From NCBI GenBank assembly GCA_963771465.1, contig CAVYTU010000014.1:928001-992000 (forward strand): a DNA stretch of 64,000 bases, in the 5' to 3' direction. Below are positions 31,611-41,265 of this stretch, in pieces. Both the position numbers and the translations under genes were made by a program. Under the pieces are notes generated by a model. That model was not told where the DNA came from. It did no database searches and was given only the letters and a program-made list of their open reading frames with translations. The stretch is from an uncultured delta proteobacterium (GTDB lineage Bacteria; Desulfobacterota; Binatia; UBA9968). Numbering within the stretch: the stretch's first letter is position 1; the number at the start of each line of letters is the position of its first letter.

Positions 31611-32726
31611 ATGGCAGATCCAATGGAGTCATTTATGAAACTGTTATGCCGGTATGCGGCTTTCTCCTGGTTAGTGTTCGGTGCTCTTGGCTTGCCGCTT
31701 TTCGCAGCGACGGCACAGACGAAACCAACCTATCATGTTAGTTCGAGCCGTGAAGAAATCGTCTCAGCAGCTAAGAAAGAAGGAAGACTGCGCATTCTCA
31801 CGACCATGGATGACGCCGACACCAAAGCGAATACGGCGGCATTCAAAAAGAAATACCCGTTTATCGATGTCCACGCACAGCAAAGCCGCGGCACTGATTC
31901 GGCGCAGCGCTTGTTGCTGGAAATCAAAAGCGGCATGGCTAAGGAATGGGACGTAGTCCTGGTTTCCGCGGACTTCTACAGCGAATATCACCCGTACCTC
32001 TGGAAAGCGGATATTCTGGAGATGGCGAAAAAGGGAATCCTCCAAATACCGCCGCCGATGATCGACCCGCGCAATAAAAATGTGCTCGCGTCTTTCAGCT
32101 ACTTTCAAGCGACCGCCTATAATTCCAAGCTGATTCCGGCCAATTTGGTTCCCAAAACACTGAACGACCTCCTGCGACCGGAACTCAAGGGGCGAAAATT
32201 TGCCGTCGATATTCGACCCAAGGATGTCGCCGGACTTGTTCCTGCATGGGGCATGGAGAAAACTTTGGATTTCGCCCGTAAGATTGCCGCCCAGCAACCG
32301 ATCTGGGTGCGCGGCGGATCGCGAATCATGATGTCCATTATTTCGGGCGATATCCCGATGATGATGGGCAATAACTATGGCAGCGTTCGGGAAGCGCAGC
32401 GCAAAGATCCCGCTGGTGTGCTCCAGTATGCGATCCTTGAGCCCGTGCCCGTCAGGTTCGGCAACGCTCAGGCGATTTTAATGAGTGCGCGGCATCCTTA
32501 CGCCGGTTTATTGTGGCTGGAATGGCTCGCATCCGCCGAAGCACAGAAAATCATCGACGACACTGAGCCCTATAGTTCTTCCGTTTACGTGCGCGGTGGT
32601 GTGGTGGAACAAGAACTGAGGGGCAAGAGCTTGTCTGTTGTTGATTGGGAACACTATCCGCAAATGGAAGACTGGCAGGCAAAAATCGTGGCGGCGTATG
32701 GTTTGCCTAAAGCCGAGACAAAATGA
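31611..32726 (+). CDS. ABC extracellular solute-binding protein (AKKEG paralog family)
   Basis: Motifs shared with the 20005 paralog; probable start at 31635. Confidence 0.88.
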   Translation: MADPMESFMKLLCRYAAFSWLVFGALGLPLFAATAQTKPTYHVSSSREEIVSAAKKEGRLRILTTMDDADTKANTAAFKKKYPFIDVHAQQSRGTDSAQRLLLEIKSGMAKEWDVVLVSADFYSEYHPYLWKADILEMAKKGILQIPPPMIDPRNKNVLASFSYFQATAYNSKLIPANLVPKTLNDLLRPELKGRKFAVDIRPKDVAGLVPAWGMEKTLDFARKIAAQQPIWVRGGSRIMMSIISGDIPMMMGNNYGSVREAQRKDPAGVLQYAILEPVPVRFGNAQAILMSARHPYAGLLWLEWLASAEAQKIIDDTEPYSSSVYVRGGVVEQELRGKSLSVVDWEHYPQMEDWQAKIVAAYGLPKAETK

Positions 32727-32774
32727 TCGCGCAGTTTTACCAGGAGCGGCAGGTCGAGAGGAGCTTACATTCAC

Positions 32775-33728
32775 ATGTCTGAAGAAAAACCGACTACGCG
32801 GCTCAGAAAGCTGCTCAGCAGGAAAGATCGAGTGCTCGTCATGCTTCACCCTCCCACTGCCGCGCATGCGCGGATCATGGCAGCCGGCGGCGTCGAAGCA
32901 TTGTTCGTCGGGACCGGCGCCGTGGTCGGGCCATACACTGGTCTAGCGGATGTGGGAGTGGCGAGCATGACCGAATGTGTAACCATCGCCGGGTGGATCG
33001 CGCGTAGTGTTGCGATCCCCGTCATGCTCGATGGCGATACGGGTCATGGTGGAATCATGGCCGTGCGGCGCCTGGTGGCCGAGTGCATCAGGGCCGGGAT
33101 TGCCGGACTGCGTCTTGACGACCAACCGGGTGAAACCAAGCGGGGAACACAAACTGCCGGAATCGAAGTAGCACCGCTTGAAGTTGTCCTAGCCCGTTAT
33201 CGGGCGGCAGTGGACATGAGGGACGAACTTGATCCTGATTTTGTGATCATGGCGCAGAGCTACGCGCGCGATGCGGCGAATGGCGGATTCGAAGAATTTT
33301 TGCGGCGCAGCAAAGCTTACAAAGAAGTGGCCAAAGTGGATTGGGTTCAATTCGAATCGCCCCACTCGATCGAGGAGATTCGCCAGGCGCGCGCGGCCGT
33401 GGCGGGAACTTTTTCGGCCCAGAAAGGAAAGCTCCCGCGCATTCTATCTCTCAAAGAGCATCTCGAATTGGGGCTCAATGTAGCCTGGTATTCCGGTCTT
33501 GCAACCGCGGTCACGTATGTGGCGCTGTGGGATTTTCTGCAAGATTTTCAAAAACGCGAGCTCGCAGCCTGGGAAGATTTCTGCGTGGCACACAAAGATA
33601 ATCCGTATCTGCGTGGTGGTGGCCGAGCGCCAATTCCGGAAGGGCGCGAAAAACAACGCGAGCTAGAGGAACGCTATTACCCGAACGAGATGCTTCAGAA
33701 ATACCGCGGCCCTTCCGAGAAAGGCTAA
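32775..33728 (+). CDS. Isocitrate lyase/PEP mutase family protein
   Basis: GLADVG, MLDGDTGHGG, LDDQ..KRG. The canonical K-K/R-C-G-H cysteine is absent. Confidence 0.85.
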   Translation: MSEEKPTTRLRKLLSRKDRVLVMLHPPTAAHARIMAAGGVEALFVGTGAVVGPYTGLADVGVASMTECVTIAGWIARSVAIPVMLDGDTGHGGIMAVRRLVAECIRAGIAGLRLDDQPGETKRGTQTAGIEVAPLEVVLARYRAAVDMRDELDPDFVIMAQSYARDAANGGFEEFLRRSKAYKEVAKVDWVQFESPHSIEEIRQARAAVAGTFSAQKGKLPRILSLKEHLELGLNVAWYSGLATAVTYVALWDFLQDFQKRELAAWEDFCVAHKDNPYLRGGGRAPIPEGREKQRELEERYYPNEMLQKYRGPSEKG

Positions 33729-33877
33729 TCTGCTGCAAGGTTTGAACGGACACTGGACCCGATCCGGTGGATTGAACCGCTTGAACAGTTCAGTATTGTT
33801 GTCTGTCTACTCTCGACTAGGCAAGCGGAAGCAGACGATGTTCCAGGGCTAAGAGCGTGTTCGCGTTTGGCAGTTCG

Positions 33878-34290
33878 CCCGGGATTTGACGGACACCAAA
33901 CAAGGGCTTAAAAAGTTCGGGAGATGCGTTCGACAAGAAAGCAGAAGCAATTTAGCGCTGAGTTTAAACGAGTAGCCGTGCGACTTGCGGAAAGTTTCTC
34001 GGAGGGGTGAAAATGGAAGAGGGTGTCACGATTGCCAAGGTGCCGGATTGGATGAAGCTCAAGCCCGAGATGATGCCGCATCTGATCAGGGAGCACGAGA
34101 AACTTGGGCGCACCCTGACCGAGGAAGAGACAGTCACGTTGCTCCGCAGCTTGGGATTCGAAATCAGTGAGCCGAAGTGATGAGGAACAACAAGTCGGCT
34201 CTGGGGTCAGGTCTGCAATCACACATTCCCGCTTCGCTCCTCCATCCGTTCGAGGCGTCGTCTCACCGTCGGATGCGCCGCGATCTCCGC
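33878..34290 (+). mobile_element. Composite IS3-end/REP remnant (copy B)
   Basis: Aligns with 19029-19420; GGGGTCA at 34203. Confidence 0.8.
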
Positions 34291-34955
34291 TATGAGTCAA
34301 AGTCCAGTCCGCTGAACTTCCCGTCCGCGTATTCGCACGACCAGTAGACGTCTACATCCGGTCCATCGAAGTCAACCAGGACAGGTTGCCGTGATCGCAG
34401 CTTGATCGAAGCGAGGCGCAGTGCGCTGACGTCGGCGCCCAATTCGGGATCCTCGGACGCCCACTCCTTCGCCGTCAGCGCGAGATAGTCGTTTAACCGG
34501 CGCTCGAAGGTATCGAAATCCGCCACTAGCTCGCGAGCACGGGCGACGAGTGCCGGATTGGGCTCCTGCTTTCCGTCGATGAGGATTTCCACCGTCCGGT
34601 CCCGCACCCTGAAGTCGCCCTCCCAAGCCTCCGCCTCGACGTTGCGAATCAGCGTGCCGAGCTGCGGATCCCTCCGCACGTGACCGCGCGCTCTGCTCAT
34701 GATCAGGTGAGCGCGGGGGGACACTTTCGTCCAGATGACCGAGATCACAAACGCACTCATGACACCGACAAACATCAGGCCGACGCCGATGACGAGCCAC
34801 CTCAGGATCCAGTATGAAATGCGCGTGCCGGCGTAAATCAGGAGCAGCCCAATGGCCGCGCCGATGAGCGCGTCGCGGACTGTGGGTTGAACCTCGTCGT
34901 GATCGTCCGTCGGAGGCGGATCGGCAGCCAAGCGGCTTGAATCTTCGATAGACAT
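34290..34955 (-). CDS. Membrane-anchored hypothetical protein
   Basis: Two predicted TM helices followed by a soluble domain; GGGTCA-N12-TGAC lies 15 bp upstream (34971). Confidence 0.7.
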   Translation of the reverse strand: MSIEDSSRLAADPPPTDDHDEVQPTVRDALIGAAIGLLLIYAGTRISYWILRWLVIGVGLMFVGVMSAFVISVIWTKVSPRAHLIMSRARGHVRRDPQLGTLIRNVEAEAWEGDFRVRDRTVEILIDGKQEPNPALVARARELVADFDTFERRLNDYLALTAKEWASEDPELGADVSALRLASIKLRSRQPVLVDFDGPDVDVYWSCEYADGKFSGLDFDS

Positions 34956-35032
34956 GTAGAGAGACTGCGAGGGTCAGGCATGAGTAATTGACTTATTTTC
35001 TTCGAAGCAGAGCTAGGAAAAACAGTTGCGCG

Positions 35033-35260
35033 CTACTGCCGATTCTTGGGTTGGGAAGAAGCGGAACTCTCGGCTTCCATCTTGGCGAGCACGCGGTTCA
35101 GGGCGGCGATCTGAGGGATGATCTTTTTGTCTTTGGTGCCTTGAAACCGAAGCGCCAACTCATCCACGCGCCATTCGATCTGGGCGCGGGTAAACTTCTT
35201 CGGCAGTATGAACTGGATCGGCATCGGCGCTGTATATCGCAGCATCGAGCCGAAGGTCAA
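35033..35260 (-). CDS. Small hypothetical protein
   Basis: Open frame with plausible helical content (IEWRVDELA..IAALNRVL). Confidence 0.4.
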   Translation of the reverse strand: MTFGSMLRYTAPMPIQFILPKKFTRAQIEWRVDELALRFQGTKDKKIIPQIAALNRVLAKMEAESSASSQPKNRQ

Positions 35261-35279
35261 GCACGATCGACGCGGCCGC

Positions 35280-35375
35280 CTAGGCCAAGCAGTGCGCGGC
35301 GCGGGGATCGCGAGTAAGAAGTTGTGGAGTCGAATCCAGAAGTGTCTGTCCGGAATGAACGAAAATAAACAAGCC
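35280..35375. repeat. MetE-like 3'-end repeat in opposite orientation
   Basis: gatcgcgagtaagaagttgtggagtcgaatccagaagtgtctg..atgaacgaaa is the reverse complement of the 24913 family. Confidence 0.75.
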
Positions 35376-35484
35376 GCTTTGGGTGGCTGCGAACGCCGAC
35401 GTTCACCCGGCGACGCAACGGCGCTGGATCACCGACGAGCCTATGGGTGCGCCGCGTCCGGCGCAATTGCAAGTCGGCAGCGAT

Positions 35485-35985
35485 TCAGGGCAATCGGGTC
35501 TTTGCTTCGGCAAAGAATGCCGACAACGTAGGCGCGATTTCGACCATCCCATCTGCAAGAATGAGATCTGCGTTTATCCCGATGTCATGATAGATCTGGA
35601 TGAGCGGCGGATCGTCGCTCGCCCTTGTGTTGAGGAAGTACTGGTCACCCGATCCGTGTGCGCAACCGCCAACGCAGAGGTAGCCGTGCCGCAGCACCGC
35701 AGTTCCCGGATACAGCTCGAGTGATTCCGTATGGATCGAGTCAGGCCCCAGCCATAAGAGCCAACTGATTTCGTCGCCTTCGGACGACTCCGGCACGACG
35801 ATGCCGAGTTCGAGGCCAATCAGAGGTACCGTGGCAAGAAGGTCACGGTACCAATCTGGCAGATGGGCGCCAAGGTCACGGCCAAGTCGATCAAGGTCGT
35901 CTGCAGCCGCGAGTCTGCCGGCCTGGCCGTCCCGTTCGGCGCGCTCTACAAGTTCCCGTGCTGCAGCGAGGACTTTCAGATTCAT
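35485..35985 (-). CDS. SMI1/KNR4 family protein (putative toxin immunity)
   Basis: LG..LPDWYRDLL; YLCVG..GSGDQYFL; IAPTLSAFF. Confidence 0.75.
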   Translation of the reverse strand: MNLKVLAAARELVERAERDGQAGRLAAADDLDRLGRDLGAHLPDWYRDLLATVPLIGLELGIVVPESSEGDEISWLLWLGPDSIHTESLELYPGTAVLRHGYLCVGGCAHGSGDQYFLNTRASDDPPLIQIYHDIGINADLILADGMVEIAPTLSAFFAEAKTRLP

Positions 35986-36226
35986 CGAGTTCGAGCCTTC
36001 AACGTGCTGTTGTCCACGAAGCTACGTCGCGGGCACCAGGGTCAAATATACAATCAATACAATTTGCACTGCTTGCATGTAGTTTGGCCAGTAGCAGTAG
36101 TTCCAATAGCGAAAGCATCGGCACTTCGCTTCACGCTCTCTAATCCTCGACGTACTTTGTGACTCCTCACCGTCCTGCCGTGAAGAGATTGCCGGCGCTA
36201 TCGATGGCAACGTCGCAGAAGCGTGA

Positions 36227-36301
36227 GGGTCAAACTTTTGATGTTCGGAGAAGGATCGATTGAGGCGAAGCCGTAGATGTCAAAACTTAAGTTTCAACCC
36301 C
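36227..36301. repeat. Inverted REP-like pair
   Basis: gggtcaaacttttgatg ... gatgtcaaaacttaagtttcaacccc. Confidence 0.7.
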
Positions 36302-36331
36302 GTGCTCCGCCGTTCTCCGCCCGTGCGAGGA

Positions 36332-37357
36332 TTACGCGGCGACTGTTTCGCGCGGCGCGACCTTTGCGCGCCGCGATATCATCGCTGCGGCATTGTCGTG
36401 CAAGATCTTTGCGCGCGCGTCCTCGCCGATCTGCGCTTCCGCGAGCGCCTTGCTGGTCCACTCGCAGCCGAATTCGGTTCCGTCGGTGCCGCACACGATG
36501 CGCTCGGCGCCGTACAACCGTACCGCGGCCTCGATCGCACCCGGGCCGAACGAGTTGCAATCCACGTACACCTTGGCGCGGCGGAAGCGCGACGAAGGCA
36601 GTTCCTCTTTCGCTGAATCCAGCAGGCTGCGGTGATCCATGCGCTCGATCTCGTACGGAATATTGCCGCCGAGATTGTGAACCAGGACCATCGCATCGGG
36701 GTACGGCGCGAGGTAGTCGGTGAGACACAGCGTCACCATCACCGAGGACAGGCTCGCCTGCATGTCGAGCGTGCCGTTGCGGCGGCGCGCGTTGTCGGTG
36801 TCGCCGGCAACCTTGGGAAACGCGTCGCCAGGCCGCGGACCGTGGTGAATGAAGACGATCGCACGGTGCCGGTTCGCCACCTCCAACAGCGGGCGCATGT
36901 TCTCGGCGTCCTTCTTCGTGAGAAACCCGTTTCCCGGCACTTGCGCGCCGATCACGCCCGGCAGCGCCAGCGCGCGCTCAAACTCGGCGGCGGCAGCAGA
37001 CATATCCACCAGCGGCAGCGCGGCAAACACACTGAAGCGCCCCTCGTATTGCTGGCACATCCGTGACAGTGCATCGTTGACCATCCTGCACAGCGGCAGC
37101 GAAACCTCGACCGGCTGCGACTCAATCCAGCAGAACGCACCGAGCAGCGACAACACACTGGTGCTCACGCCCTGACGATCCATCCTGGCGAGATGGAATT
37201 CCACGTCATCAAACGCCGCGGACAGCGGCTCCTCGCCGATCCGGCTCTTCAGCATTTCTACGCCGTCCTGATTGCGCACGATGCGCGGTTCCTTGGTGCG
37301 GGCGCGCAGGGCGTCGATCAGCTCGGCGGGCCGCCAATGGGCATGCATGTCGATCAT
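36332..37357 (-). CDS. Amidohydrolase family protein (ACMSD-like)
   Basis: MIDMHAH, MDRQGV, FIHH, HNLGG, GTDG. Confidence 0.88.
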   Translation of the reverse strand: MIDMHAHWRPAELIDALRARTKEPRIVRNQDGVEMLKSRIGEEPLSAAFDDVEFHLARMDRQGVSTSVLSLLGAFCWIESQPVEVSLPLCRMVNDALSRMCQQYEGRFSVFAALPLVDMSAAAAEFERALALPGVIGAQVPGNGFLTKKDAENMRPLLEVANRHRAIVFIHHGPRPGDAFPKVAGDTDNARRRNGTLDMQASLSSVMVTLCLTDYLAPYPDAMVLVHNLGGNIPYEIERMDHRSLLDSAKEELPSSRFRRAKVYVDCNSFGPGAIEAAVRLYGAERIVCGTDGTEFGCEWTSKALAEAQIGEDARAKILHDNAAAMISRRAKVAPRETVAA

Positions 37358-37636
37358 GTCTGTCTCCTTGGTTTATCGTCCAACAGATTAACCCCGAAAG
37401 TCCCAGTGTGCGCGAGATTGTTTGCCAACTATCCCGCAATTTATTTCAACCGCCACAGCGAAGCAAGCGCTTTGCCGCACCCCTGCTGCTACTTCAACGG
37501 CCCTTTCGTTAACACCTACGCCGAAATTCACCAGGCGTTGGAAAATTTCCGCGCTGGTCGGTTCTGGATTCCGGTTTCTATGAGTGCGTGAGAAGGACGG
37601 TTGCCACCAGCGGAACAACCGCCCCTTCCGTGTCAT

Positions 37637-39322
37637 CTATGTAGTCATCACGTCGATGATCGCCGGCTTGCCGCTTTGGTTGGCTTCGAGGCCGCGCTTG
37701 AGCGCATCCTGAAGCTTTTCCGGATCCGTCACCGTCTCGCCGTAACCGCCCACGGATTCAGCGACCTTCACGAAGTCGGGCGCATTGATGTGGGTGCCGT
37801 GGTAGAGATCGATTTCCGCCGCGATCCCGTCCGGGTACATCTTCTGGTGCATGCCCTGCATCGCGGCGTATTTTTTGTTGTTGAAGATGACCGCCATGAT
37901 CGGCAGCGTGTAATCGCGCGCCGCGCCGAGGCTGCCGAGCGACGGATTGTAGAGGAACGCGCCGTCGCCGATCAGCGTTACCACCTGCCGTTCCGGCTTC
38001 GCCAGCTTGATCCCGAGCGAAAGACCCAACCCCTGTCCGAGCCCGCCTTGGCGGGTGAACAGGCACTGCGGGTCGTTCCATACGAGGTGTTGGCGCAGCG
38101 TGGCGGTGTGCGTAGTAACTTCGTCGATATAGATCGTATCTTTGGGCATCACGGCGTTCAGCGACGCGCACAGCCATACCGGATCGATCGGTGACGTCTT
38201 GCGCGCCGCCGCCTGCGCCGCATTTCTTTTCTCGACGAGCGCATCGTGCGCCGCGGCGAGTTCCTTGCGTCTCGTTTCCACGGCAGCCTTATCGATTGTC
38301 GCGGTATCCGCCAGATCGCGCAGCGTCTGCGCCGCATTGCCTTCCAGGTACATGTCGGCCTGATGGCTTTGATAGACCATGGCCGAGTTGTGCGGCGCCT
38401 CGTCCACCATGGCGATCACGGCCTTGGGCGGACGGTTGCTCGGCGGATACCAGGGGACGCGCGTGCGGACGACGATCGCAAGGTCCATGTCGTTCCAGAA
38501 CGGTTTGATGTCGGTTCCCTGATAAAGCGGATGATCCTTGGGGAAGTTGGCGAACAGAGCGCCGGGCTTCTCAACCACCGGCAGAGCGAACTTCTCGCAC
38601 AGCGCCATCAGAGCCTCGTAGGTCGCGACCTCCTGGCCGGCGCCCTCGGTGAGCACGACCGGGTGCTTCGCCTTGGAGATCTGCGCGGCGAGCTTTTCAA
38701 TGTCTTCCGGCGCAGTCAGCATGCGCGGTGCGGGCGGAACCGTGCGTGGATTGGCCGGGGGTGTCCAGCCATCCATCAGCGTTTCCGTCGAAACGGACAG
38801 ATAAGTGGGTCCGGTCGGTTGCCGCTGCGCCAGCTCGCCGGCGCGGATGACGCTTTCATAAAGCGTGTAGGCGCTGCCAGCGACGGAGGCGTACTTGACG
38901 ATCGAATCGACCAGGTGGGTCGTGCCGCCGACGATGCTGAGGTTGTTAATCCACTGGGCGCCCGGATCGAACTCCGGTTGCTCGCCGTAGGTCATCGACT
39001 CGCCGGAGATCACCACCATCGGCACGCCGGAAACAAAGGCGCCGTGAATACCCATGGCACCTTGCAGCAGCCCGGAACCCGCATGCAGCAATACGCCCTG
39101 CATCCGACCAGTGGCTAGTGTGTAGCCCGCGGCCATGTCGACGGCCAGCGTTTCGTGCCACACATCCAGGAGCTTGGGACCGCTCTTGCGCCGGTGGATC
39201 TGGTCGGCCATGGCTTCCCAGACGGGCGCCCATTCGGTGCCCGGCGAGGACAAGATGTACTCAACTCCAAGCTTGTGAAACGCTTCGACTATAGCGTTGC
39301 CGCCGTCGAACTGTTTTTTCAT
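37637..39322 (-). CDS. Thiamine pyrophosphate-binding enzyme (acetolactate synthase/benzoylformate decarboxylase-like)
   Basis: SPGTE, WHE; TPP motif GDGAFLYN..IFNN. Confidence 0.9.
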   Translation of the reverse strand: MKKQFDGGNAIVEAFHKLGVEYILSSPGTEWAPVWEAMADQIHRRKSGPKLLDVWHETLAVDMAAGYTLATGRMQGVLLHAGSGLLQGAMGIHGAFVSGVPMVVISGESMTYGEQPEFDPGAQWINNLSIVGGTTHLVDSIVKYASVAGSAYTLYESVIRAGELAQRQPTGPTYLSVSTETLMDGWTPPANPRTVPPAPRMLTAPEDIEKLAAQISKAKHPVVLTEGAGQEVATYEALMALCEKFALPVVEKPGALFANFPKDHPLYQGTDIKPFWNDMDLAIVVRTRVPWYPPSNRPPKAVIAMVDEAPHNSAMVYQSHQADMYLEGNAAQTLRDLADTATIDKAAVETRRKELAAAHDALVEKRNAAQAAARKTSPIDPVWLCASLNAVMPKDTIYIDEVTTHTATLRQHLVWNDPQCLFTRQGGLGQGLGLSLGIKLAKPERQVVTLIGDGAFLYNPSLGSLGAARDYTLPIMAVIFNNKKYAAMQGMHQKMYPDGIAAEIDLYHGTHINAPDFVKVAESVGGYGETVTDPEKLQDALKRGLEANQSGKPAIIDVMTT

Positions 39323-39492
39323 GTTGCTCCCCCCAACGGTTATATTGTCGTGTGTATTATCTCACGCCTGAACGCGCAAGCCCCCAAGGCGGGCTATCGA
39401 TATCTCTGGAATACCGCGATCGCGCCATCCTGCAGCGGCGAATCTTTACCTTTCAGATTGCTACAAGTGCTGGATCCAGGAGAAAAATAGCA

Positions 39493-39672
39493 GTCAGACT
39501 TTTACTCTTGGACTTTTTTGTTATTTATTTCGCTCAGCCGGCACGGGCACTTTTTAATTCAACTCCACAACTTCTTCCGCGCGATCGCCGCGCCGTCGCG
39601 CAGCGCGCGCAGCTTGGCCCGCGAGATTTGCGGATGGACACGCCGCCTAGGCCGCTGTCGGTGCCGGCGATA
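39493..39672. repeat. REP-like motif plus MetE-like 3'-end repeat
   Basis: gtcagacttttactcttggac..tcaactccacaacttctt..gtcggtgccggcgat; minus strand reads IAGTDSGLGG..HPQI..AKLRALRDGAAIARKKLWS*. Confidence 0.85.
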
Positions 39673-39730
39673 TGTTCCATGAACTCTCATGCGTGTTGAC
39701 CCGTGCCTGGGATTACGTTTCAATTTAGCC

Positions 39731-40744
39731 ATGAAGAAAAAGATTGCGCTGGTTTTGATCCTGCTATTCGCTGGATTGAACAGCTTTGCTCAGACGAACT
39801 CTACACCCGGCGCGCCGACTGCAGGTATCATCGCTGCCGCCAAAAAATTCCTCGCTACACTTGATGATGCCCAGCGCGGTAAAGTCGTCTTTGCTTTCAA
39901 AGACGAGACGCAGCGCAAGCGCTGGTCGAATCTTCCGACAGGAATCTTCAAACGCCAGGGCTTGCGCATGGGCGACCTCACAAAATCCCAGCGCGAGGCC
40001 GTGCTGGCGGTGCTGGCAGCAGCGTTGAGTCCGCAGGGCTACACTAAAATTCTACAGATCGTCGAGGCCGACGAGTTGTTGAGAAAATCGAGCGGCCAGA
40101 CAATGTTTGGCCGCGAGGAATATTATGTCTCTTTCCTCGGCCAGCCTTCCACCGCCGAGCCGTGGATGATTCAGTTTGGCGGGCATCATCTCGGCCTCAA
40201 CATCACGCTTGCCGGCGCGCAGCGCACGCTCGCCCCGAGCCATACCGGGGCGCAGCCGGCGATTTACGAACTCGAAGGCAAAACGATGAGCCCTCTCGGT
40301 CGCGAGACTGACAAGGCGTTTGCCCTGCTTAGTTCGCTGAACGAAGCGCAGCGCAAGCAGGCCATCCTTGATTTCCAGATGCGCGACCTTGTGCTCGGGC
40401 CCGGCCGCGACGGGCAGACGATTCAGCCGGAAGGAATCAAAGGCTCGGCCTTGAGCGAGAAGCAGCGTGAGATGCTGCTCGATCTCGCCGGCGAATGGAC
40501 CGGCATCCTGCACGAAGCTGTCGCGAAATCGAAAATGGACGAGATGAGAAAAAATATCGCCGAAACCTGGTTCGCGTGGAGCGGCCCCACTGAAAAAGGC
40601 AGCGCCGCTTACTTCCGCATCCAAGGGCCGACGGTAATCATCGAATACGCGCCGCAGCGCTTGGGCGGCGACGCGACAAAGCACATCCACACGATTTACC
40701 GCGATCCAACCAACGATTACGGAAAGAGATGGTGGACGCCGTGA
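39731..40744 (+). CDS. DUF3500 domain secreted protein
   Basis: WSNLP, FGGHHL, YFRIQGP, HIHTIYRDPTNDYG. Confidence 0.88.
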   Translation: MKKKIALVLILLFAGLNSFAQTNSTPGAPTAGIIAAAKKFLATLDDAQRGKVVFAFKDETQRKRWSNLPTGIFKRQGLRMGDLTKSQREAVLAVLAAALSPQGYTKILQIVEADELLRKSSGQTMFGREEYYVSFLGQPSTAEPWMIQFGGHHLGLNITLAGAQRTLAPSHTGAQPAIYELEGKTMSPLGRETDKAFALLSSLNEAQRKQAILDFQMRDLVLGPGRDGQTIQPEGIKGSALSEKQREMLLDLAGEWTGILHEAVAKSKMDEMRKNIAETWFAWSGPTEKGSAAYFRIQGPTVIIEYAPQRLGGDATKHIHTIYRDPTNDYGKRWWTP

Positions 40745-41265
40745 TCAGGAGACTTTGTCGTCTGCCGCTGCTGCTCGCATTACTGGCGTTTCCGTGCGCC
40801 GTTTTCGCGCATCGGGATGATCAGTATCTGCAAGCGACCCTGGTGACCATCGAACCGAGCGGCGTCCGGCTGCAAATCAACTTGACGCCGGGCGTGGCTA
40901 TCGCCGAACAGGTGCTCGCCGAGATCGACCACGACCGTGACGGCGCGATTTCCAAGAACGAAGCGGCAGCCTATGTCGAGTTGCTGAAGCGCGCTCTCAC
41001 GCTGCGCATGGACGGGCGAAAGTTAGCATTGAAACTCACTGCGTCTGAATTCGTCGAACCTGCAGAACTGCGCACCGGTTCGGGAACAATTCAGATGAAA
41101 TTATCCGCAATCCTCAGCCCGCTCGCGGCCGGTGCCCACAAGCTCACTCTCGAGAACCGGCATTTAACCGCGATCAGTGTGTATCTCATCAACGCTACTC
41201 AGCCCAGGTTTACCACGGTCCAGATCACCAGGCAGAAACGCAACGATGAACCAGAGCGCAGGTGA
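40729..41265 (+). CDS. Secreted protein resembling the HupE/UreJ-associated N-terminal domain, possibly truncated
   Basis: AHRDDQYLQATL..LTPGV..IDHDRDGAIS; ends shortly before the REP-like motif at 41355. Confidence 0.65.
   Translation: MVDAVIRRLCRLPLLLALLAFPCAVFAHRDDQYLQATLVTIEPSGVRLQINLTPGVAIAEQVLAEIDHDRDGAISKNEAAAYVELLKRALTLRMDGRKLALKLTASEFVEPAELRTGSGTIQMKLSAILSPLAAGAHKLTLENRHLTAISVYLINATQPRFTTVQITRQKRNDEPERR

Noticed and set aside
37601-39118. Long antisense ORFs over the TPP enzyme, and similar ones elsewhere
   Set aside because: Shadow frames expected in GC-rich coding DNA.
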